The notes under the pieces were generated by a model that saw only the letters and a list, made by a program, of their open reading frames with translations, searched no databases and was not told the origin of the DNA. Made by a program: the position numbers and the translations under genes. Source: Octopus sinensis (taxonomy: Eukaryota). Taken from it: 64,000 bases of DNA. Location: assembly GCF_006345805.1 (NCBI RefSeq), contig NC_043002.1:84134001-84198000 (forward strand), written 5' to 3'. Shown one piece after another: positions 40,601 to 52,600 of the stretch; the stretch's first letter is position 1; the number at the start of each line of letters is the position of its first letter.

Positions 40601-43600
40601 ATTTAAATTACTATCTAAATCAATGCAAACAATAGATGATTGCTCACTGACTATCTTCTCTGTACTTGTCTCACGTAGCATCTTCTCTTGAGAAACGGAA
40701 GATCTGTTAGTGACTTTTTCTAAGTTCATTTCATTAGATTCTTCATCAACTGATATTCCAGTCTGTGTTGAACTGGAAGGCTTTGCTTTCAGATTTACTT
40801 CATCATCATCATTGTTTTCATCATTGTTCCCTTCTTTAATAACATCAGATGATATATCAATGCTATCAACTTGATCATCTTCAGTATTGGTGTCATTGTC
40901 AGTCATGACTGGATCACTATTGTTCACAGTGCTTTCATTATTTTGAATTGACTCTTTATGAAGTGCTGAAACTGCTGCTTCTGAACTTGTCTCAATCTGA
41001 TCTTCAGGAATAGAAACCTCATTTTCACTAGTCAAATCCTTCTGTTTGCTAACAGTTTCAGTTTCATTAGTTTGGGGTCTAAGTTTTGGTGGCCGTCCTC
41101 GTTTAGTGGTGCCTTTCATCATTCCTGCCTGTAGACACTTCTGTAGCCAACAATATCGACAGAATCGGCGTGTTACACTGTTGATTATGCATGACTTATT
41201 ACATACTTCATATTTACAGCCAATTTTGGAGTCAGTGCTTTGTGCAAAGAAACTACGGCAGCTTGAACATGAAATAATACCATAATGTAATCCATGAGAC
41301 ACATCTCCACAAACACTACACAAGCTAGTCCCAATGAAAATAGTATCAGTTTTGTTTCCAACTCTGCTTTCAGTCATGCTACTATCTTCTTTATTTCTGA
41401 CTTTATTTCTCTCGCTGAATTCTGCGACTATAGTAACAGAAGGGACAGACGAAATTTCAGTGGTGCTCTCTGACACAGTAGATGGTTGTTTACTGTTTTC
41501 TTTACAGATAGAATCTTGCTTACAGGTTGGTGTAACTTCAGTGCTAAGTAGTGTTGATTTTATCTTTCGTGGACGGCCTCGTTTACGCAGTGGCTTGGCT
41601 TGTGCTGTTTCCAAATCTACATCCTTATTTCTTAGGGGGATTTTCAAAGTAGTTTTGGTAAGAGTAGAAATAGACTTTGAAGTATTGTTCTGGGGATGAC
41701 GATTTTGTTTATGCATAGAAGTTGATGTCAAATTCTTTTTCAATGAAGTCTTTGAATTTACTTTTTGCTTGGCCATTTTCTTAGACAATTTCACAGTACT
41801 ATATGTTTTCTGTGATTTAGGCAAAGAATGTCGTAAACGACCATCATCATCATCATCATTAAGATTATCATCAACAAACTCATATTCTTTCAGTGCAGCT
41901 TGATGTGATGAGCTAGGAAGTGCACTTTTTGAAAGTGAAGGCTTTTTCTTAGCCTTCCCAATCATTTGAACTGACTTTTTGATTCGACTATGCATTTGAT
42001 TTGCAATATGTTTTGGAGAACAACATTTAATCATATAACGTAAAGAAAGAGATGGTACACCAACAGCTCTGCTTGTCTTCTTCTTTGACATATGAGCTGT
42101 TCTTTTCAGCAAAGTGAAAGATGTTTTCTCAGTTAGAGCTCGTGACCTGTGAGAAATATTTGGGTTGGTTGTCATCCTGGTGTAGTCAGTTCCAGCTTCT
42201 TTAGGATGGTTACTATCTGAAACAGAATCTTCATTATCAGAATTTCCAGCAAATTCAGAACTGGTCTCAGAAGGGTCTGGCACTACTATAGGATTAAGAG
42301 ACTGTTTATCGATGAAATGAGACAGTGCTCCAGGAATGATTTCTTTGCCAACAGGAGCCTCAGGTGAACAACAGTTGGAGTTTTGGATCATATCAACCAA
42401 AACTGAAGAATTTACAGAATTTCTTGAAGAACTTGGAATAATTTCTGTAATAACAGATTTATCAGTAAAATTTCGCAATGTCTCTAGAATAGTATTGTCC
42501 ACATTTTCCTCAGAATGTATTGCTCCAGTTGAATCAATAATTTCTACAGGTGTCACTCTATCAGCACTGCTTTCACCATCATCAACAGAATCACCAGACT
42601 TCTTTTGAACAATTTCAGTGTCTACAGAATTCCATAAAGGTTCAGGAATAACTTCAGTAACTACAGAGGGATCCACTGATGTACTAAGGCTTTCAGGTAA
42701 GATTCTCCGGAATGTTGGTGCTTCTTGTAATCCCAAACCCTGGTCAGACTCTGGCAAAGAAGTTTTTGCATTTGCAACTGGAATTTCAGTTGTGATATCA
42801 TTTGATGCCACTAGAGGAATGCTTTCAGAATTTGAATTCAAAGTAGTGCTTTTATCCATGTTGCTGACATACAGAAGAGAACCATCACTTTGGTCTTTTC
42901 TCTCCATTGTTACAGTAACATCTTCATTACATAAACTAGTATCCATGGCAGTGGACATAGATGAGTTATTGGAATCACAGCTAGGTTTTTGAGAAGGAAA
43001 CGACTCACTGATATCAACAGAGCATCCAGAATCACTAATTTGATTGTTATTATCTACAAATTCTGTATTTGAAGATTCTGGGGCCAAAGAAGATGTTGTG
43101 GTTGTTGGTTCACCTGAAGATGGCTGCGAAATTTTCAAATCCAAAAATGCTCTTGAACAGTTTTTATTACTTTTGGACACTGACTTGAAATCAGGAACAT
43201 CACAAACCTCCACATTTCCAATCTCTTCATGTATTTCTTCACTCATTTCATCAGTAAGGTCTTTAGCTAAAGGACTTTTATCATTAGGGAATACATTCTG
43301 AATAATTCCCATTTCATTTTCATTAATATGATGGTGATCACTATTGTCGTGGAACTTTTCATTTCTGTTTTGATCCTGTTGACCAGTTTTGGGAGTAGGT
43401 GTTGGTGATTGAACTGGAACGATTCGTTTCTCTTGCTTTGACATTCCAACAGCCAAACATTTTTGGTACCAGCAATATCTACAAACACCTCTATTTATTT
43501 TGTCAACATAACAGTTGCCATCTCGGCAGACATACTGACTGGAAATTTGCTTGTCTAAACTCTGGCGGAAGAAGACACTACATTTCAGACATGTCCACAC

Positions 43601-46600
43601 TCCATAGAGGACTCCTGGAGCTCTGTCTCCACATACTCTACATAACTTCTCAGAATCTGTTTCTTCAGAATGAGTAGCAGTTACAACAGAGCTACCATCC
43701 TCAATCATAGCAAAATCATTTGTTTCTGACTGTTTCTGTTTGACAAAATCAATATTTGAAGATTCCAATACAAGCTGTGGTTCAGGTTCTAGTTGTGGCA
43801 TTTTAGCATCCAAAGACAATGCATTTGAAGATTCCAGAGACTTATCACAAATTTTGACTCCTCGCTTCCTTTCTTTCTGAAGACTAAGAAGTTTTTTCCG
43901 TTCTTTCTCAATGCTTCTCTGGAGCATTAGAAGCTTCTCTTCCACATTATCTTTCTTCATTTGAAGCTCATTTAATTTTTGCTGAGCAGTTTCCCGCTCT
44001 CCATGCTCAAAATTACATCTGTCCATATCAGAGACTTTTTCTGACACATCCTGATCTTCACTTCGATCTAGGATTGGTTTGAAAACCACTTTTTTCACCT
44101 GTTTTTCTCCAGCTGCTGATGACACAAATGGCAGAGATTCAGAAACTGGTGTCATATCATCTGAGCTGTCGAAAATGTTCTGTGGAACTTCATTAGTTAC
44201 TTTTACCATCAAATGATCATTCATCGAAATTGAAGTAAAACTGTCTTTCACAGAATTGTTACGTTTTTCATTAGACTTTGTTTCCCAATCCAAACTAAAA
44301 AGCGATGGATCACGATTTTGATTTGAGTGCTCGGAGATGGAATCAATTCTGGTATTTTTAGAAGTCAAACAGGAGGGTAGAACATTACTGGTTTCATTGG
44401 TTTGTTTCAGATGACTGTCTTTTAGTAATAAACCACTTTCCTTTGTTTGATAATCATTACTGTTAAGGAGTACACGCCTAGTAGCTTTTGACGTACAGTC
44501 TTTCATTGTATCAGGTAACATCACAGACTGCTGCTGTTGCTGGTTTTGTTTCTTTAAAGCACTAACACGTTCTTTTTCCATTTTTAGACGTTCAAATTTC
44601 TTCTGGATCAATTCTATTTCTTCAGATGATTTAGTTAGAGATTCAAACATACTTTCCATCAAACTTGGTAGTTCACAAATTTGGTTGTCTGAAGTATTGT
44701 CCCCAAAGTATGGTTCAAGAACTTCACTGTCCATGTGAGATGGACTTGTTTTATCTTGAAGTATATTGTCCAAAACAGCACTGTATATGTCCACTGATTC
44801 TCTGAAAACTAGATTATCCAAAACAGGATCAGGAATTCGATTTTTTGATGCCTGGGTCTCCAAACTGGACGAATTTCTCAAAACATTTGTTTCTTTACTG
44901 AGCAAACCACATTCTACACACTTCTCATACCAACAATAGCTGCACCGATTTTTTGGCAGCAAATCACTATTGATAATAGAACAGCTTTGAGTCTGCTCAC
45001 ATACATACTTAGAGCATATTTTTGAATCAGCATTTTCTTTGCAGAAGGCCTTACAATCAGTACAAACTTTAGCACCACAATAGATCTCAGCAAAAGGTGC
45101 ACTACAGACAATGCACAATTCTTCGTTTTGAATGAGTGGAGTTATCACTGAAGAATATAGTGTATTTCCAGGATTTTTAACTTGATCCAAAGAGCTAACC
45201 ATGTGTACAGATGTTGTATTTGTGCTTGTAGAGTTACTGATGGCAGTTGTTAATTGTGCAGATGATATTGGTGTTAGAGGTAAGGAAAATGTAAAACGAT
45301 CACAGGTTGGCGTCAAGGCAAAAGTAAAACGGTCACAAGTCGGGGTCATTTTTGATATTTGGTCAGCCTGCATTCCAACAGCAAGGCATTTCTTGTACCA
45401 ACAAAATTCACAGTTTTCCCGGTTTGTTTTTGTAACCGAGCAATTTCGTCGTTTTGAACAGCTGAAACCAGCAGCAAAACCATCTTGTATGCACATCTGG
45501 AAAAAGATGCGGCAATCTGGACAAGTAAGCACTCCGTAATTAACAACAGAAGCCTGATCACCACACACAGTACAGATGTTCATATTTTGTGTAAAATGAG
45601 AAGGATCGATAAAAGTCTTGGTGGTGTTGTTAGTAGTAGTAGTAGTAGTAGAAGTAACAGTAGTAGTAGTAGTTCTACATGTACTGCTCTCAGTAGATTT
45701 CAACAAGTCCTCGTGCTTACATTTGTCAGATGTGGCACCTGAATCAGTCAATTTGGTACTATTCACTGCATTTACATCAGGTGCTTTATCGCAGGAGCCG
45801 ATAGCTGTTGAAATAGTAGATTTCTTCAGTCTGCTGCTGTTACTGTTTAAACCAGTATTACTACTACTATTACTAATGTTACCGTTATCATTTCTGCTAG
45901 GAATACTGACGTTGGTATTTTTTGCAAAATCTTCTTTTGGTGCTACAACTCTTTCATGAGTTGGTAATTTACACATTTTGTAATGTGATTCAGCACCAGA
46001 AGCAATCTTGATGCCATCTTTGTTACTGTCTGTGACTTTCTTTTTAGGTAGCACCACAATTTTCTTTGCCACTGTTTTTTGATGAACTTTTGCTGTCATA
46101 GTAGTGGGTGCTGAAAATGTGACTGTTGTTGATGCTGCAGTTCTCTTTAAAACTGATGGCAATGTCACAGCATTGGTCGGTTTCTGTGATACAAAAGTTG
46201 ATGACGACGACGACGATGATGATGATGACGGCAATGATGATAAAGTCGATGATGATGATAGAATTGATGATGGTGATGAGGAGGAGGATAAAACAGATGA
46301 TGATGACAATGATGGTGAGGTTAATGATGATGATGATGACTGTGATGATAATGATAATGAACGAGAAAATGAAACAGAAAGAGATTGGAATGAAGTAGTT
46401 GATGATGAGACAGAAGTATTACTGGTACTCCTTTTTGAAGATGAGTTAAGTTGTGTATTTGAAGAGTTACCAGTATTCTGTGTGCTACTTGCAGAATGAC
46501 TTACCACTTTGAAACGTTTGTTAGGGATGCTGTTAATGTCGCTCTGATGTTCAGAAGGTTTGGCTAGGTTTTGATCTATAGTTTCGAGTTTTCTTTTTTT

Positions 46601-49600
46601 CACAGTAATCACATTAGTTTTTGATGCTGTTGAAGAGACACATCTACCGCTGCTACTGTTGTTGTTATCGTTTAGAGATTTATTACCAATATTGTTGTTG
46701 CTACTGTTTAGAAGTTTGCTACTAACATTGTTGTTGTTCTTGTTGCTACCGATGACCTTCACACAGTCTTTGCTATCTTTGATACACTTTTTGTTATTGT
46801 TTGCTGTTACAGATCCTTCGCTTTCTTTCTGCTCATCTTTTACTTTAATGCCATAAACAAGTTTTACCGTTTTTTGTGTTGATGAAACAACTTTGCAGCT
46901 GTCATTATCTTCCATTGGATTTCCCTCTTTCTCTTTCTGCATACCGCTAAGCAGACACTTTTCATACCAACAATACTCACAGCTACTTCGCCGAAAACGA
47001 TTAATCTTGCATTTTTTAAACTTGCAAAAATAGCCCTTGTAAAAATCATCAAGAATACTCATTTTAAAGAAAACTTCACATTCTGGACAGGCCAAAATGC
47101 CATAATGTTTCTTGAAAGCACGATCTCCACAAACTTTACATAAGTTGAGATCTTTTTTAGGTGGTGGTACTTTCTGAGACTCTGTAGTTTGTTGTGGGAC
47201 TGTGGCCTTGCATGTCTCTTTATTTATATGTTTATGCAGTGATGGCATTTTCGATAATGAGTTGGTTGCTTTTTCAGTTTTCATTTGCTGTTGTTGTTTG
47301 TTCTCTACTTTTATCACAGTAACAGTTTCACCAATTTCTGGTTTATCACTTGTCATTCCAGCTCTGCAACATTTCTGGTACCAACAGTACTCACACTTTC
47401 CTCGGTTTCTCTTGGTAATTTCATGCCCTTTATGTTTGCAGTGGTAACCATCAGCAAAGCTGTCTTGTATGCTCAGTCGATAGAAAAGCACACAGTCTGG
47501 GCAAGTGAGTACTCCATAATGGATAGTAGAAGCTGTATCTCCACATACTTGACACACACATTCCTCGGTAGTCAGGACAATGCCAGGATGTTTCTCGGGA
47601 TGTGTTTTCCTGCAACATAAATAGAAATGAATTAAGTAAAAATTAACTGAATGCCAACATTGAAATAATACAGATAGACACATCCTCATCATCCGTTTAG
47701 CATTTACTTTTTTAAGCTTGCATAGGTTGGACAGAGTTTATTGAGGAAGATTTTCTATAGTAAGATGCTCTTCTTGTCACCAACTCTCAGCTGTTTCCAA
47801 GCAAGGCAATATTTCCTCATAGCCACACATGTTCTCATAGAATATTGGAAGTGAATACCACTGCTTGTATGACAGTGGCAGTCATTTACAACTATCACAT
47901 ACACATAAATATACATACATACATATATACACACACACATCTATATATATACATATATATATACACATACACACACATCTATATATATATATACACATAC
48001 ATAGACACACACACACACACATATATATATATACATATACTACACACATATGCAATGGGCTTCTTTTACTTTTCTCTCTCACAAGGGCTTTGGTCATCCT
48101 GAGGCTATAACAGAAGACACTTGTCCGAGGTACCACACAGTGGGACTGAACCCAGAGCCATATGGTCAGGAAGCAAACTTTTTACCACACACAAATATAT
48201 CTGTTTACTATATGTACTAGTGCAATTACTAGAGTCACTGGCTTAGCCTTTCATGACCAAAGATAGCTATCAATAGGTTGCTAGCCTAATTAACATTTTT
48301 GTAACGAAGAAATAATGGTAGTAATAAGCATCTCTCTCTCTCTCGCAAGAAATGCAGTAAAGCAACTATAATTTGAGATCAAAGTTTCAATGGCAGACTA
48401 GGTTACTTTGTAAGTCTCTCACTCACTCACTCTCAATCCTACTATATGACACTTTAGGCAAATGTTTTAAATCATATTCTCAAGTTAGCCAATATCTTTT
48501 AAGTGGGAATTGATAAGTGGAAACTGAGCAGAAGCCCATTATATATGTAGAAGAGGATTATACTTATTGGTAAAATCAAGCAGGAAGTCTGAATCAGACT
48601 GGAGTTTGGTGCAGCCTTCCAGGTTGCCAGTCCTGGTCAAACCATCCAACCCATGCCAGCATGGACAACAGATGATGATGATAATGATGGCTAGAAATGT
48701 GTCAAAAAAGTACCTTAAGCAGTCAGTAAATGCATAAAAATAAAATAAGCACCAGATTATTATAAACATTCAGATCGTTGTCAGCGTCACCTCACAGGTA
48801 CTTGTGCCGGTGACACATGAACAAAACAGCCGAGCGGAGTCGTTGCCAGTGCTGCTGGACTGACTCTTGTGCAGGTGGCATGTAAAAAACACCATTTTCG
48901 AGCGTGGCCACTGCCAGTACTGCCAGACTGGCCCTCATTCTGGTGGCACTTTAAAAGCACCCACTACACTCTCGGAGTGGTTGGCATTAGGAAGGGCATC
49001 CAGCTGTAGAAACTCTACCAGATCAGATTGGAGCCTGGTGCAGCCATCTGGTTCGCCAGTCCTCAGTCAAATCGTCCAACCCATGCTAGCATGGAAAGTG
49101 GACGTTAAACGATGATGATGATGATGATGATATGGGGAGTACTGCAGCATAGCTATGCTCCAAGGACTAAAACCAATCAAAGTATAAAAGAATATATTTA
49201 CAACTACTTTCCTGTAGTAACATGCACTGAATAGGTTCATTTTAAAACAGCCAGTTTCTACTCAGTCTTTCATCGTTTCTGTGTGAGGCACAGCATTCTG
49301 AGATCAGTTCTCACCATGTCTTCCTTCCTCTCCTGTGGACTCCTTCCACCAGCACTTGTTTGACACTTTTTCACCCAACATGCATTCTTCATATGCATCA
49401 CTCATCTGTACTATCAGTGAGGTCCACACCTCTAATGCTGAACTTTTATAGCTCAGCACAGCTCGTGTCATATCATTCGTCCATACCAATATCACACATC
49501 TAGCTATCAAAGATATAATATATATATCATCATCATCGTTTAACATCCATTTTCCATGCTGGCATGGGTTGGACGGTTCAACCGGGGTCTGGGAAGCCAG

Positions 49601-52600
49601 GAGGCTGCACCAGGCTCCAGTCTGATCTGGCAGTATTTCTACAGCTGGATGCCCTTCCTAACGCTAACCACTCCGTGAGTGTAGTGGGTGCTTTTTACAT
49701 GCCACCAGCACAGGTGCCAGGGGAAGCTGGCAGCAGCCACGATTGGTTGGTGCTTTTAACGTGCCACCAGTACGGAAGCCAGTCAAGGCGGCGCTGGCAT
49801 CGGCCACGTTAGGATGGTGATTTTTACATGCCACCAGCACAGGTATCACAACTACAACTTCCATTTGATATTTATTTTGATGTTGATGTACTTGACTCAA
49901 TAGGTCTCCTCAAGCACAGCCGGTTACCCTATGATCCTAGGTAAGCACAGCAGGTCGTTAAGCAGTCCAAGGTACTTTGGATGGGCTGGGGCTGCTATGT
50001 GAAACTGGTGCAGGAAACAGACACGAACTCACGTTATTTGTCGTGTCTTTGCAGTCACAGCATATCTCCTGAGATCTCGGTCTTTCATCATTGCTTCCGT
50101 GAGGCCTATATATATCTGAGTGGTTAAGAAATTCACTTTGTACCCACACAGTTTCAGGTTTAGTTCCACTGCATAATACCTTGCGCCAGTGTCATCTGCT
50201 ATAGCACAAAACCAACTAAAGCCTTTTAAGAGGATTTAGTAAGCAGAAACTGACAGAAGCCCAATGTGTGTATGCACGTGTGTGTGTGTGTGTGTGTGTG
50301 TTCATGTGCCTTTGTTTTGACATTGGGTACTGACTGTTAACAAATATTGCTGTCATACAAGTGGTGTCATTTTCAATCTTCCATAAAAACATGTCTTGTA
50401 TTAAGGGAAAATATTACCCTGCTTTGGAAACAGGTGAAGTTTGGCAACCGGAAAAGCATTCACCCATAGAAAAATATGCCAAAACTAATTCTGTCTGAGT
50501 CATCCAGGCATGGAAAAGTTAACATGATGATGATGATATGTATGTGTGTGTGAATAGACCTAGATAAGATGCTGTCTGGTTTCATGCCTGGAAGCAGTAT
50601 CATAGATGCAATCTTCCTAGTGAGGAAACTGCAGGAGAAATACTTGGCAAAATGTAAACCATTATTCTGGAGAAGGCATTTGACAAGGTAACACATACCT
50701 TGCGATCACTAAGGAAACTAGGTGCTGACAAACAGCTTGTAAGAGGTGTATAAGTTGTGTACAAAGATATAGTAAATAAGAGTTAAGAACAACTTCAATG
50801 AGGAATTTAGAGTGAAAGTTGAAGTTCATCAAAGTCCAGTCCTCAGTCCCCTCCAATTCATCATCGTCCTACAGGTCATTACAGAGGAGTTTAAGACTGG
50901 CTGTCCATAGGAACTCCTATATGCTGATCATCTAGCTCTTGTAGCTGAATCTATGGGGAATAGAGAGGAAATTCCAAGCATGAAAGCTAAAACCTGATTG
51001 GCTCTGATGAAGATTTATTCAAAGGTGTAGTAGAGGGCATTTACCAGATGTCTTATAGAATATATGCAATAAACTGAACTCCTCTAAAAGTACCAAATGG
51101 CTATTATTTCATACGTAGAAGTTTACTATTAAAGTGCATATGTGCAGCATTTTAATATTGAGGTGTATGTATACTATTTTAAAGTTGAGGTGTGTGTATA
51201 CAATAATTTCAGTGTTGCAGTGTGTGTGTGTACGATATTTTAGTGTGCCATTTTAGTGTTGAGGTGTGAATTCTTTAATTCATTTTGTCTTCATCATTCA
51301 ACTACAAATATGCTGGAGTACTGCCTTGAAGGACTTTAGTCAGTCAAATCAACCTTACTTTCTTAAAGCTTGATACTCATTCTATAAGTCATTTTTGCTA
51401 AAGTTACAAGGATGTAAACAAACTGATGCTGGTTGTAAATTGTAAAGTAATGAGACAAACACAAAGACACACACACACATATATACTAAAGGCTCCTAAA
51501 TATGTTCCATTTACTGAATTCACTCACACAACATCATTGGGAGCCCCACCCCCACCCCACCCCCAGGTGGGGGGGGGCTCCAAAAGGGGGTCTCAAGGAG
51601 TAGCATCCCTGCCTTCCCAAGCTAGTTTTCTACCACATTCTTTAAAGATCGTGCTAGAGGCCTTGGTCTTGGCACCACTCATGTCTAGAAACTGAGGCTG
51701 GAGGTAAGCAAGGACATGCACCCTGTAGAAATTCCAGTTCCAAAAATGCCTCATAACAATAGCAAAGAAGCATGGGCACCAGCCAGCCCAACGGTTGGGG
51801 CAGGCTGCACCTGCCTACCTCCAAAAGGAAGGTGCAAATGCTCATCCTGGGTCACACAAGCATGACTTACCTTATGATGGCTGACAGCTTGAGGAGAAGC
51901 TTGGGGTCAGGTTGGGAAGTTGGAATGTGGGCAGTCTGCATGGAAGGGGAACTGAGGTGTATGAAGAATTGAGGAAGTGGAGGGCAGATGTGTGCTGTAT
52001 GCAGGAGGCTAGGTGGAGAGACCAGGATGCAAAGTAAGATGATACGAGTTCTGGTGGTCAGGAAATGGCAAGGGGACTGGAGGCATGGAAGTTTTGGTGA
52101 AGGAAGAAATCTGAGAAAGTGGTGGAGGTCAGGAGAAAGAGTGACAGATTGATGACAGTAGGATTAGCATTTGAGGAAGAAGTGGTGAGGTATGATCCAC
52201 AAAGTGGAAGATGGATCGCTGAGAAAGAGTGGTTCTTTGATGACATGGTGTGTGAGCGGGACTTACATGAGATAGATGAATTGGTTTATGGCATGTGTGA
52301 TTTTAATGGATATGTTGGGAAATGGATCCAAGGCTTTGAGGGAGAAATGGAATTGGTGAGAGAAATATGGAAGGAAGGATGCTGTTGGAGTTTTGTGATA
52401 AGAAGGAGTTGTGTGTGACAAACGCGTGGTTTACAAAACAGAGAAAAGGAAGGTGACTTTCAGTGCAGGAGGGAATGAGACAGAGATTGATTTCATGTTG
52501 GTTGGCATAGAAAACAAAAAGTATCTGAGAGATGTGAAGACAATACCAGGGGAGTTGCAGCACAGGTTGGGGTTGCTGACTTGACTAAGAGGAAAGTTTT

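Noticed and set aside
46104-46499. Plus-strand poly-Asp ORF
   Set aside because: Antisense shadow of the (TCA)n Ser-rich linker of the giant exon.
31284-47554. Assignment to the known 2DBD-NR family or to knirps/NR0A
   Set aside because: No CEACKK first-DBD P-box, the DBDs are separated by long linkers, and DBD14 lacks the knirps-type CEGCKS P-box. The resemblance is architectural only.
39261-47620. Numerous 60-130 aa plus-strand and alternative-frame ORFs overlapping the giant exon
   Set aside because: Expected shadow ORFs of a long low-complexity coding region; no motifs.
47610-47692. N-terminal 28 codons of the 2,974-aa ORF ([27 protein letters not shown]) as a real start or signal peptide
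   Set aside because: This is the pyrimidine-rich 3' end of the intron ending at the acceptor ttgcag|G, which joins exon 1 in phase.
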